Assembly (NCBI GenBank): GCA_016186795.1
Contig: JACPKY010000002.1
Location: 282,593-346,592, forward strand
Length of the DNA stretch: 64,000 bases
Reading direction: 5' to 3'
Source of the DNA: Candidatus Gottesmanbacteria bacterium
GTDB lineage: Bacteria; Patescibacteriota; Microgenomatia; 2-02-FULL-39-11
The position numbers and the translations under genes were made by a program. The stretch's first letter is position 1, and each line of letters begins with the position of its first letter. This document shows positions 1 through 9,211 of this stretch, piece by piece. The notes beneath the pieces were generated by a model. That model searched no databases. It had not been told where the DNA came from and was given only the letters and a program-made list of their open reading frames with translations.

Positions 1-550
1 GGTACAGTTTCTTCAGAAATCCTCGTGCTTCAATACTACTTCGGATATCAGGCTCTGTAACAATTTCAACAAGCGGAACACCACTTCGGTTAAAATCAAT
101 AAGCGTACAGTCCTTCGCGTTTACTTTTGCGTGCAGAAGTTTGCCAGTATCCTCTTCTAAGTGAACACGATGAATTCTAACCACCCTTTTTTCTATTTTT
201 CCCGTTTTATCATCTTTATAGGAGAAAGAGAGTTTCCCATTTATGGCAAGTGGCTTATCGTATTGGGATATCTGATACCCTTTGGGAAGATCAGGATAAA
301 AATAATTTTTCCGGTCAAATTTTGAAAATAATGGGATCTTACAACCAAGAGCCATTCCTAACATCACACACCATTCAATTGCCTTTTTGTTGGGTACCGG
401 TAGAGCACCTGGAAGACCCAGGCATACTGGGCAACAATGTGTATTGGGATCATGTCCAAAATAATCCGAGCTACATCCACAAAACATCTTGGAAAGAGTT
501 TTTAACTCTACATGAATCTCAAGTCCAATAATCGGTTCGTATCGGTCCAT
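1..550 (-). CDS. gatB: Asp-tRNA(Asn)/Glu-tRNA(Gln) amidotransferase subunit B, 5' part only (runs off window)
   Basis: Not in ORF track; manual translation from ATG at 550 gives [18 protein letters not shown]..., with later [18 protein letters not shown] and [18 protein letters not shown] motifs. Confidence 0.97.
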   Translation of the reverse strand, partial: MDRYEPIIGLEIHVELKTLSKMFCGCSSDYFGHDPNTHCCPVCLGLPGALPVPNKKAIEWCVMLGMALGCKIPLFSKFDRKNYFYPDLPKGYQISQYDKPLAINGKLSFSYKDDKTGKIEKRVVRIHRVHLEEDTGKLLHAKVNAKDCTLIDFNRSGVPLVEIVTEPDIRSSIEARGFLKKLY

Positions 551-554
551 AAAA

Positions 555-1541
555 TTAAGAAAGTGTCACCTCGCCTGCAAAATTGGTACGGAACGCTTTA
601 TCAATTTTGACGGGATCCCGAGTTTGGGCGAGTATCCACATGAATTTCGTAAGAGCCGCCTCCATCGTCATATCACGACCAGGTATAGCTCCAGCACGAA
701 GTGCCTGGTATCCTACCTGATACAAATGCATTTGCGTCATTCCATAAACACTCTGACTCAGAATAAGAATTGGAAATCCTTTTTCTTTTGCTCTTCTTAT
801 CTCGCTGATTAACGAATCAGGAATATTCCCTGGGCCAAACGTTCTCAAAATAATCCCATGGAGTGAACTGTCAATAAGAATTGCAAATATTTCAGGGTTA
901 AACCCGGGTATTACATCCACAACAGCAACATGCGGATCAAATCTTGCTTGAAATTGAATTTTCTTTTTTTTCTTTTCAGCGTAGACTGCATGTACATGTG
1001 GTTCGGTTGTAATATTTCCGATCTTTTCAAAAAGAGGACTCTCAAATGCGTTTAAATGCGATTCACTAACTTTCGAACTCCTTACTCCTCGTAGTATTCG
1101 AGAGCCAAATACGATACATACGTCAGGTACGTGTTTTGTCGCTACCAGAAGGGCATTGATAATGTTGATTGGTGCATCGCTTGCTATGTCCGAAAGTGGC
1201 TTTTGCGATCCGGTAAATATAATAGGCTTTGTAAGATTTTGAATTGCGAAAGAAAGTGCAGATGCGGTAAAAGCCATTGTGTCAGTCCCGTGTATTACAA
1301 CAAATCCATCAAATTGATTGTAGAGCTTTTGAATTGTCACTGCTAGATCCTCCCAAATTTTCGGCGTCATATTTGAACTGTCGACATTGACAACTTGCCT
1401 AACCGTAACATTAGCAATTTTGTTCATATCAGGAATTTTTTCAAGTAAGAGCTTTGATGAAAATGTTGGAGTGAGTGCTCCGCTTTTATTTCGCATCATC
1501 CCAACCGTTCCTCCGCAAAAAAGTACGCTTATCCGTTTCAT
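555..1541 (-). CDS. ansA: Type I (cytoplasmic) L-asparaginase/glutaminase
   Basis: GGTV, HGTDTMA, TGSQKP, AFES and [10 protein letters not shown] motifs; overlaps gatA stop. Confidence 0.92.
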   Translation of the reverse strand: MKRISVLFCGGTVGMMRNKSGALTPTFSSKLLLEKIPDMNKIANVTVRQVVNVDSSNMTPKIWEDLAVTIQKLYNQFDGFVVIHGTDTMAFTASALSFAIQNLTKPIIFTGSQKPLSDIASDAPINIINALLVATKHVPDVCIVFGSRILRGVRSSKVSESHLNAFESPLFEKIGNITTEPHVHAVYAEKKKKKIQFQARFDPHVAVVDVIPGFNPEIFAILIDSSLHGIILRTFGPGNIPDSLISEIRRAKEKGFPILILSQSVYGMTQMHLYQVGYQALRAGAIPGRDMTMEAALTKFMWILAQTRDPVKIDKAFRTNFAGEVTLS

Positions 1542-2944
1542 AGGGTTATGGACTTCTTATGCCAATCTGTTACTTTCTGATACGCATACCCTAATTGTAA
1601 CAACAAAGATTCATCAAACATTTTTCCGACAATTTGCATCCCTACAGGAAGATGATCTTTCGTAAAACCGCATGGAAGAGCAAGAGATGGCACACCGACC
1701 GGAGTTTGGCATGTATAGATATCTGCTAACATGTTTTGAATAGGATTATTGATAAGTTCTCCTAATTTCGTAGCTGGCATGGGTTCAACAGGCATCAAAA
1801 TCGCATCACATTCTGATAATGCTTTGTGGTACTCTTTTATAAATAACGTTCTCCCCTGTTGTGCTTTTTTATAGTACGCATCGTAGTAACCAGAAGATAA
1901 TGCATAGGTTCCCAACATAATTCGTCTCATCGTTTCTTTGGAAAATTTATCTCTCCCTTGTCCATATCGGATACCGTCATATCGTGCTAAATTTGTACTC
2001 GTTTCAGAAGTTCCAATCACATAATAGACGGGTACGCCGTATTGAAGCATTGGCATGGATATTTCTTTTATTGTAATTCCCAACTTCTCATACTCTTTTG
2101 CAGCATCGTAAATAAGCTTCCTTATTTCCGAATCAAGTCCTTCTCCGAAACACTCTCTCGGCATCCCCAAAGTGATGTTTTTTACTGGATTGGTAAGATG
2201 GTCACTGTATTTCGGAACAGATTTGGGAGAACTTGTCCCGTCATATGGATCTTTCCCTGCGATAACCTCCAGAATATTTGCGCAATCTTGAACAGTTTTT
2301 GCCATTGGCCCCATGGTATCAAACGATGAAACGTAGGCTATACACCCATATCGAGATACTCTTCCGTATGATACTTTGAGACCAGTCGTATTGCACCAGC
2401 TAGAGGGATTGCGAATTGAACCACCAGTATCTTCACCGATTCCAAAAACCGCCATTCGTGTTGCAATAGCTGCAGCATTGCCTCCACTTGAACCACCTGC
2501 GACTCGAGAGATATCCCACGGATTTTTCACCGGACCAAAATCGGTATTTTCAGATGAAGCTCCGTGTCCCCACGCATCCATATTGGTTTTCCCAATCAAA
2601 ATTGCACCAACATCTAAAAGTTTTTGATATACAGTCGCGTTGTATGGAGGTATATATGAACGTAAGATATTCGAAGCGGCGGTTGTTCGCAAACCTTTCG
2701 TGTTATATGAATCCTTCAGTATATAGGGCAATCCATACAGAATTGGACTATCAAAAGTTATATTCTTATCTTTTTCTTCCGCTTCTTTTAAAACAGTATC
2801 TTTATCCCTTATTGTTATAAATGCATTGACAGTTGGATTAAATCGTTCAATATGCTCATAACATTCTTTTACAATATCTTTGGCTGAAAATTTTTTCCTT
2901 CGTAACCCATCTGATAATTCATAAATTGAAAGATCAACTAACAT
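1538..2944 (-). CDS. gatA: Amidotransferase subunit A (amidase signature family)
   Basis: LKD, GGSSGG, DTGGSIR, NLARYDG and YYDAYY motifs; follows gatC. Confidence 0.96.
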   Translation of the reverse strand: MLVDLSIYELSDGLRRKKFSAKDIVKECYEHIERFNPTVNAFITIRDKDTVLKEAEEKDKNITFDSPILYGLPYILKDSYNTKGLRTTAASNILRSYIPPYNATVYQKLLDVGAILIGKTNMDAWGHGASSENTDFGPVKNPWDISRVAGGSSGGNAAAIATRMAVFGIGEDTGGSIRNPSSWCNTTGLKVSYGRVSRYGCIAYVSSFDTMGPMAKTVQDCANILEVIAGKDPYDGTSSPKSVPKYSDHLTNPVKNITLGMPRECFGEGLDSEIRKLIYDAAKEYEKLGITIKEISMPMLQYGVPVYYVIGTSETSTNLARYDGIRYGQGRDKFSKETMRRIMLGTYALSSGYYDAYYKKAQQGRTLFIKEYHKALSECDAILMPVEPMPATKLGELINNPIQNMLADIYTCQTPVGVPSLALPCGFTKDHLPVGMQIVGKMFDESLLLQLGYAYQKVTDWHKKSITL

Positions 2945-2947
2945 AGG

Positions 2948-3253
2948 TTATTGGTTAAAAATTGCGTCTACGACAAAATATCCGTTATGTTTCCTTGGTG
3001 CATTGGATAAGACTACTTCTTGTGAAAGAGAGGGTTTAATTTCATCTTCACGAAAAACATTTTCAAGCCCAGTTACCTGACTTGTTGGTTCTATGCCTTT
3101 CGTATCAACATTTTCTAATTCATCAACAAATTCGATGATTTGAGATAACTGTTTTTGAAATTTTTCAAGGTCTTCTTTTGAAAGACCTAAACGAGCAAGG
3201 TGGGCTACGTGAGATACTTCATGGGTGGTAAGTGCTTTGTGGAATTTCGCCAT
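2948..3253 (-). CDS. gatC: Amidotransferase subunit C
   Basis: HVAHLARL, FRED and LSNAP motifs; size and position. Confidence 0.95.
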   Translation of the reverse strand: MAKFHKALTTHEVSHVAHLARLGLSKEDLEKFQKQLSQIIEFVDELENVDTKGIEPTSQVTGLENVFREDEIKPSLSQEVVLSNAPRKHNGYFVVDAIFNQ

Positions 3254-3305
3254 ACCTTATTTTACCGTGATTAGCCTTCTTTTTCCAGTGTGAGTATATA
3301 TTCAT

Positions 3306-4652
3306 TTATAAGTTTTGAAGATATCGTTCCCTCTCCCAATCTGTCACCGATATCCGAAATTCATCCCATTCCGTTTTCTTTGCCTCCAAATACCGTTTCC
3401 ACGTATAGTCACCAAAAGTGTCTTTTACAATTTTTCCATTCTCTATTTCTGCCATCGCCTCATTCAAACTTGCAGGGAGTTTCGATATATGGCGAGCATC
3501 TAATTTTTCATCATCAAATTCAAACAAGTTTTCTTCAACCGGTTCGGGAGCCTTCATCGCTTTCTTGATACCACTTAGTCCAGTTTTTAGAAGTACGGCA
3601 AATGTCAAGTATGGATTACTTGAGGGATCAGGGCAACGGATTTCGATACGAGTCGCTTTATCCTCGTACCCTTTTGATACTTGTGGTACACGGATAAGCG
3701 CTGACCGGTTAATTCGTGCCCAACAGGCGTAGACAGGCGCTTCAAATCCTGGTGTGAGGCGCTTGTAAGAATTCACCGTTGGAGCAAACACACCTGCAAT
3801 TTCTCTGACATGAGAAAGCTGGCCAGAAAGAAAACTGTACGCTACCTTCGATAACCGGTATTTGTCTCGAGTGTCAAAAAATGCATTTTTCCCATTTTTC
3901 CATAAACTTTGATGTGTGTGCATTCCACTTCCATTTACTCCGTGGATTGGTTTTGGCATGAACGTCGCGTGATAGTTGTATTTATACGCAATAAATTTTG
4001 TGGCCATTTTGAGTGTTATCGTATTATCTGCGCTCTTGAGAGCTTTATCATACCGAATATCCAATTCATGCTGATTATTTGCAACCTCATATGTTGATGT
4101 TTCGGAATCAACACCCATGAGACGCAGAGCTTCCATAATTTCTCGTTTAATACCATGAGTCTCATCTAAAATGAGGTTAAAATAATACCCATTTCCCTCA
4201 GAATGTAGCTTTATATTGCCTTCAGGAGTTTTCGGGAAAAGAAAAAATTCACATTCCGGACCTGTGTAGTAATCAAAACCTATCTCTTTCGCTTCCCCAA
4301 GTGCTCGTTTAAGAATATTTCGAGGATCTCCTTCAAACGGCTCATGATTTGGTTTGTATACGTCACAAATAAATCGGGCAACTCTTCCTCCCTCCTCATG
4401 ATTTCGCCATGGAAGAAGGGCGTATGTAGCTGGATCAGGCATCAGGTACATATCTGACTCATGGATCCTGGCAAATCCTTCAATGGACGAGCCATCAATC
4501 CATACTCCCCGAGTCAATGCATCAGATAGTGTGTAGATAGGGATGGTGGAGTTTTTTATGCTTCCTAAAAAATCGGTAAATTGAAGATCAATATACGAAA
4601 CCTTATCTGCCTTCGCTCTGGAAAGCACCTCTTTTACAATATCTTTTGGCAT
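3306..4652 (-). CDS. glnA: Glutamine synthetase type I
   Basis: LQFTD, DGSSIEGF, ECEFF, NGSGMHTHQS, NSYKRL and EIRCPDP motifs; start moved to MPKD (4652), which has SD GAAAGGAG. Confidence 0.96.
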   Translation of the reverse strand: MPKDIVKEVLSRAKADKVSYIDLQFTDFLGSIKNSTIPIYTLSDALTRGVWIDGSSIEGFARIHESDMYLMPDPATYALLPWRNHEEGGRVARFICDVYKPNHEPFEGDPRNILKRALGEAKEIGFDYYTGPECEFFLFPKTPEGNIKLHSEGNGYYFNLILDETHGIKREIMEALRLMGVDSETSTYEVANNQHELDIRYDKALKSADNTITLKMATKFIAYKYNYHATFMPKPIHGVNGSGMHTHQSLWKNGKNAFFDTRDKYRLSKVAYSFLSGQLSHVREIAGVFAPTVNSYKRLTPGFEAPVYACWARINRSALIRVPQVSKGYEDKATRIEIRCPDPSSNPYLTFAVLLKTGLSGIKKAMKAPEPVEENLFEFDDEKLDARHISKLPASLNEAMAEIENGKIVKDTFGDYTWKRYLEAKKTEWDEFRISVTDWERERYLQNL

Positions 4653-4679
4653 AGATACTCCTTTCAATGGAACATGAAT

Positions 4680-4719
4680 AAAAAAATCTTCCGCACCTAA
4701 CCAAAATAGGATTGGAAGA
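4680..4719 (-). terminator. Intrinsic terminator/attenuator in the glnA leader
   Basis: Minus strand TCTTCC...GGAAGA stem (internal CCTA/TAGG pairs) followed by T7. Confidence 0.8.
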
Positions 4720-4748
4720 CGTCTTTGTCTCGCACGCAACGGTACGTA
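4717..4748 (-). promoter_or_regulatory. ANTAR-binding dual hexaloop RNA motif
   Basis: P1 TACGT-ACCGTT-GCGTG and P2 AGAC-AAAGAC-GTCT; both loops are 6 nt with A1/G4; the P2 3' strand overlaps the terminator 5' arm; an ANTAR gene lies immediately upstream. Confidence 0.8.
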
Positions 4749-4759
4749 CTAATGGTCTT

Positions 4760-4789
4760 ATCCTAAACTAGAACCCTTTTATTTGTCAA
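4760..4789 (-). promoter_or_regulatory. Sigma70-type promoter for the glnA leader
   Basis: TTGACA-N18-TAGGAT, overlapping the end of the ANTAR gene. Confidence 0.6.
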
Positions 4790-5495
4790 GTCCGAATGCG
4801 AATTTATCTGCGGCTATAATAATCTCTGCAACTTCTTTGAGTGACTTTCTCCTATTCATGCTTTCTTTTTGAATTAGTCGATAGGCGTCTTCCTCGGTCT
4901 TTCCTCTCTTCATGAGAATTCCTTTTGCACGCTCTATAACTTTGCGCATTTCCAATGCCTCACGAAGCGCCATGGATTCTTCAACTAACAATGCGTTTTC
5001 TACAGCTCCTCCTACAAGCTTTCCTATCGCTTCTAAAAGATTTTTTTCCATTTCAGAATGATTATGTCTTTTTTTATGCTGAACGTTTATAACACCGACA
5101 ACACCCTTTTTATTGATAATTGGAACCGATAGAAATGCTTGGAATGTATCCTCAGGAAGACTTCGGAAGAATCGGAAACGAGGATCTTTTGCTGCACCCT
5201 CATGAATTGCCACTGCTTTTTTCTCTTTTGCTACCCATCCGGTAATACCTTCTCCAAGTCTCAATTTAATCCGGTGTAATAAATCCTTGTGGGGATTTTT
5301 CGACGCCCGCAAAACGAGTGTTTCGTTATCTTTCTCAAGAATGTAAATAAGGACTGAATCGGCTTTGGTAACTTGGGTTGCAATAAGTACTATTTCATGA
5401 AGAAGCGCATTCAACTCTAAACTATGAACGGACTGGGCAACATGATACAGAAGTCGAAGTTCTTTTTTGAGTTCTGCATTCCCATTCTTTTTCAT
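4779..5495 (-). CDS. GAF-ANTAR one-component RNA-binding antiterminator
   Basis: GAF (GEGITGWVA, DPRF, FLSVPI, GVINVQ) plus ANTAR (RKVIERAKGILM...EEDAYRLIQKESMNRRKSLKEVAE); ATGA overlap with the gatD stop supports start 5495. Confidence 0.92.
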   Translation of the reverse strand: MKKNGNAELKKELRLLYHVAQSVHSLELNALLHEIVLIATQVTKADSVLIYILEKDNETLVLRASKNPHKDLLHRIKLRLGEGITGWVAKEKKAVAIHEGAAKDPRFRFFRSLPEDTFQAFLSVPIINKKGVVGVINVQHKKRHNHSEMEKNLLEAIGKLVGGAVENALLVEESMALREALEMRKVIERAKGILMKRGKTEEDAYRLIQKESMNRRKSLKEVAEIIIAADKFAFGLDK

Positions 5496-6277
5496 ATATC
5501 TTTGTACGCTTCCAATCGTGAAAGCATTAACATATGAGCCTTCCATTCAAGACGGTCATTAAGCGGTGTCAAGGTTTGTATCTTACCATATTTTATCTCC
5601 AAAGCCTTTGTTAAGAGCCAATCCGCAATATGTGGATTTTTCGATAAAAACGGGCCATGATAGTAACAGGCAATAACATTTTTATAGACTGCTCCCTCAT
5701 ACCCGTCTTCACCATTATTCCCATACCCCTTCAAAACTTGTGCAAACGGCTTGTCATTTTGACCAAGATATGTCCTCCCTCCGTGATTTTCAAACCCCAC
5801 AATGGTTTCTCTTTTCCCAATTTCTGATAATGGAATTCCAACCACCTTCCCCGCCGTATTTCCAATGCATCGTGGTTTATCATGTCCGAAATGCTTGGTA
5901 ACGAATTGGAATATTCCAAGTCCTAGCAATTTCTTTCCATCTCCAGTCATATAATACTTTCCCAAAAGTTGTGGTGAACCACAAACAAAAAGTCCCGGAA
6001 TACCACGGGTAAACATTTCTTTGAGTGTTTTTCCCTTATTCAAACGCAAATCGTTTGCGACTAACTCTTGCTCACGATCTTGCGCGCCTCCACCCAAAAC
6101 CAAATTGCACGAAAGAAGATCTTTTCGTGACGTTTCAAATGAAATTGGAATAACAGAAAGCGGTATCGACCTCCATTCGGACCGTTTTGAAAGTACTATC
6201 ACATTTCCTCTATCTCCATATGTCGACATAAGGTCTGGATAGAGCCAACCAACTGTCAATTCTAGGATTTTTTTCAT
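5492..6277 (-). CDS. gatD: Lipid II isoglutaminyl synthase glutaminase subunit (CobQ-like)
   Basis: LYPDLMSTYGDRGN, GGGAQDREQ, VCG, GFENHGG and YYHGP motifs; coupled to murT. Confidence 0.92.
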   Translation of the reverse strand: MKKILELTVGWLYPDLMSTYGDRGNVIVLSKRSEWRSIPLSVIPISFETSRKDLLSCNLVLGGGAQDREQELVANDLRLNKGKTLKEMFTRGIPGLFVCGSPQLLGKYYMTGDGKKLLGLGIFQFVTKHFGHDKPRCIGNTAGKVVGIPLSEIGKRETIVGFENHGGRTYLGQNDKPFAQVLKGYGNNGEDGYEGAVYKNVIACYYHGPFLSKNPHIADWLLTKALEIKYGKIQTLTPLNDRLEWKAHMLMLSRLEAYKDI

Positions 6278-7614
6278 AGTATTGCCTGACCGGTTAAGAT
6301 TTTCCGTGCCTCAAGCATGGCAGAATAGGTGGGTACGATATAGAGCGTTTCGTGTTGTTTCATTTGCTTTAATCCAAATACAATAGCTTCTTTCGTAGTT
6401 TCAAATATTTTAAGATTGGAGATTCCACTTCGAGATTTATGTGTGTATTTTATCCTTAATCCCAAATCATATGCTCGATCTCCAGAAGCAATACACATCA
6501 CCGCATCTGGAATCATCTCAAAGTCTACATCCCATATCCATGAAACATCTCTTCCATCAGGAACCCGATCATTTAAGAGAAATACAATATTTTTTGCCCC
6601 TAATTCCAATACTGTTCTTACCGTTGCGTTAAATCCGGCAGGGTTTTTGGCAAGAAATATCTTCACTCTCTTTCCTTCTACTATTAGTCCTTCCCCCCGG
6701 CCAAAAGCTGGAGAGAAATTTTCTAACGCATTTTTTATTTGATTTTTATTTATACCGAGAATCTGGGCTGTTAAAACCGCTGCTAAAGTGTTGTAACGGT
6801 TATACAAGCCGGGAAGAACGGATGGATAGGCGCTTAACGTCAACTTGGGTCTCGTATTCCCGCATTTCTGACACCTCCAGATTCCTAAGTGGGATGAGTA
6901 TATCCCTTCGTAGGTTAATTTCTGTCCGCAAAAAGGACAGTAGGTCGAGTCTGTCGCGTGTTCTCCCTTTTTCAGATACGAAGATGGGTCTTTGATGCCA
7001 AAATACTTATTTTTCTTGCCATGAGTCACATCAACGAGTTCCGGATCGTCCGCATTCACGACAAAAACCGTTTGAGAGGGAAGTTTTTTAATTGATTCTT
7101 TCCAAATCCTTGCTATCATCCGCACCTCTCCGTACCGATCAAGCTGGTCTCGAAACAGATTCAGAAGAACAAGAACTACTTTTCCCTTGTATGCTTGCAT
7201 TTCCGCAACGACATGAGGAAGAGACGCTTCGTCAACCTCTAAAACTGCAAAATCATATGGTTTTTGGATTCTCCACTCTCGTATAAATGCGGAAATTAAA
7301 CCATTCATGAGGTTTGCGCCTGTTTCATTATGAACAATCGTCATTCTATCGGTATTTCCCCGGTTACTTTCAGCAACAATTCTCTGAATTAACTTCGAGG
7401 TTGTCGTTTTACCATTTGTTCCTGCAACGAGAACTATTCCGCTTCGGACACGACGAAGGAAAAAAGAGAGAATATGAGGATTTCCCCGTAAGGCGATTTC
7501 TCCAGGCCAAGTACCACCGGCACCAATCCCAAAAATTGTCAACAATTGTATAGTCAATTTTCCGAAGAAAATCAAAGCGAGAGAAAAGTAAGTAGTGAGG
7601 AGATGTAATACCAT
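6274..7614 (-). CDS. murT: Lipid II isoglutaminyl synthase ligase subunit (Mur ligase + DUF1727)
   Basis: GTNGKTTT, EVDE, NLFRDQLDRYGE, CPFC..CQKC zinc finger, KNPAG, DGRDVSWIWD and PTYSAML. Confidence 0.93.
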   Translation of the reverse strand: MVLHLLTTYFSLALIFFGKLTIQLLTIFGIGAGGTWPGEIALRGNPHILSFFLRRVRSGIVLVAGTNGKTTTSKLIQRIVAESNRGNTDRMTIVHNETGANLMNGLISAFIREWRIQKPYDFAVLEVDEASLPHVVAEMQAYKGKVVLVLLNLFRDQLDRYGEVRMIARIWKESIKKLPSQTVFVVNADDPELVDVTHGKKNKYFGIKDPSSYLKKGEHATDSTYCPFCGQKLTYEGIYSSHLGIWRCQKCGNTRPKLTLSAYPSVLPGLYNRYNTLAAVLTAQILGINKNQIKNALENFSPAFGRGEGLIVEGKRVKIFLAKNPAGFNATVRTVLELGAKNIVFLLNDRVPDGRDVSWIWDVDFEMIPDAVMCIASGDRAYDLGLRIKYTHKSRSGISNLKIFETTKEAIVFGLKQMKQHETLYIVPTYSAMLEARKILTGQAIL

Positions 7615-7646
7615 CCAATCAATTGGGCAGTTTATGTTTGCATAGG

Positions 7647-8555
7647 TTACATGGCCCGTAATATCCTGATTCTTTCTTCAACAGGAGGATGGGTGTTAAA
7701 AAGGCCGGCAAACCAGGCTTTTGCGCTTTTTCCTTTAAATGGATTTTCAATAAAAAGATGCGCGGTCGCATTACTTGCAGAATGAAGAACGTGTCTGTCA
7801 CTTGCGATTTTCTCAAGGGCCGATGCAAGAGCGTCTGGATTTCGAGTGAGGAGTGAACCAGATGCATCGGCAAGAAATTCACGTCGACGGGAAACTGCAA
7901 GCTGAATTAATGTGGCAATAAGAGGCGAAATAATTGCCAAAACTATTCCCAGAAGTAAGAGAATTGACCCTATACCGCCTCTATCACTGCGATCACGACT
8001 TCGATCTCCCCCCCACCAGAGCATTCGTACGAAAGTATCAGCCAAGAATGCCGCACTACCAGCAAGAACTGATACTATCGCCATCACCCGTGTATCAAAA
8101 TTTTGTATGTGAGAAATTTCGTGAGCAATAACTCCCTCAAGCTCTCTTCTGGTCAGTTTTTCCAAAAGTCCTCTTGTTGCACATACAATGGCATGGTTGG
8201 GATCTCGACCTGTTGCAAACGCATTCATTGCAGGATCTTCAATTGTATACACTTTGGGTTTAGGAATTCCTGCCGCAATACTTACGTTTTCAACAACCGT
8301 AAAAAGATCAAAATCTTTTTGTCTATTTGCGGGAGTTGCCCCTGACATTGTTAACACAAGTTTGTCACCAAAGTAATAACTCCCGAGACTTGTAAGTCCT
8401 GCCAAAATAAGCGCTACGGCTGCAAACGAAATTCCATATCCAGAGGCTTTACCAAAAACATAGGCAATCATCGCAATAAAAATGGTAAAAAATGCCATGA
8501 TGAGGAGGGAGCGTGTTTTGTTTGATTCGATTTGAGAATAGATTGATATTGCCAT
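7647..8555 (-). CDS. htpX: M48 zinc metalloprotease HtpX
   Basis: NAFATG, HEISH, SRRREFLAD and THPPVEERI. Confidence 0.93.
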   Translation of the reverse strand: MAISIYSQIESNKTRSLLIMAFFTIFIAMIAYVFGKASGYGISFAAVALILAGLTSLGSYYFGDKLVLTMSGATPANRQKDFDLFTVVENVSIAAGIPKPKVYTIEDPAMNAFATGRDPNHAIVCATRGLLEKLTRRELEGVIAHEISHIQNFDTRVMAIVSVLAGSAAFLADTFVRMLWWGGDRSRDRSDRGGIGSILLLLGIVLAIISPLIATLIQLAVSRRREFLADASGSLLTRNPDALASALEKIASDRHVLHSASNATAHLFIENPFKGKSAKAWFAGLFNTHPPVEERIRILRAM

Positions 8556-8610
8556 AAAAAAAGGAGATCTTCGTAGTCCTTGCTATTTAAAACTTCGGTA
8601 GAATTACCTG

Positions 8611-9171
8611 CTACGAATGAAATGATACTTTTGGAATTTTGCTATCATCTTCGTCTGTTTTGAAAAATTCCTCTTCCGAAAGTCCCATCTGTTTTGCCAA
8701 AATCATACTCGGAAATGTCACAATCTTGGTATTGAATAGAGAGACTTGTGTGTTGTAAAACTGTCGAGCATATGAAACTTTGTCCTCCGTATCAGATAGT
8801 TCTTTTTGAAGCTGAAGAAAATTCTCATTTGCGGCAAGTTTGGGATAGTTTTCTGCAACGGCAAAAAGGCTTTTTAACGCACCTACCAGCTGATTATCTG
8901 CTGCGGCTTTCTCCAACGGACCGGTAGCAGATAGTAGTTGAGCTCTTGCCTTGGTAACATTTTCAAATACTGTTTTTTCGTGCTTGGCATATCCTTTCAC
9001 CGTCTCAATGAGATTCGGAATAAGATCGGCACGACGTTTCAGTTGAACATCGATCTGACTCCAGGCTTCTTTCATTCGGACTTTTGCAGTCATCAAATCA
9101 TTGTAAAGATAGAAAAGATAAAGCGCGATAAATCCGCCGATAATCAAAACTGGTAATAGACTATTTATCAT
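8611..9171 (-). CDS. lemA: LemA family protein
   Basis: [25 protein letters not shown] and ARQFYN. Confidence 0.95.
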   Translation of the reverse strand: MINSLLPVLIIGGFIALYLFYLYNDLMTAKVRMKEAWSQIDVQLKRRADLIPNLIETVKGYAKHEKTVFENVTKARAQLLSATGPLEKAAADNQLVGALKSLFAVAENYPKLAANENFLQLQKELSDTEDKVSYARQFYNTQVSLFNTKIVTFPSMILAKQMGLSEEEFFKTDEDDSKIPKVSFHS

Positions 9172-9211
9172 AAAAATTCTCCTTCAAAATTAGAATCTGA
9201 TTAATGCGCGT

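Noticed and set aside
4653-4739. N-terminal extensions given by the ORF track for glnA (also mraY, GT4, the nuclease, pdxS and arsR)
   Set aside because: They overlap regulatory RNA or upstream genes; downstream ATGs have better SD, -10 or stop-start overlap support.
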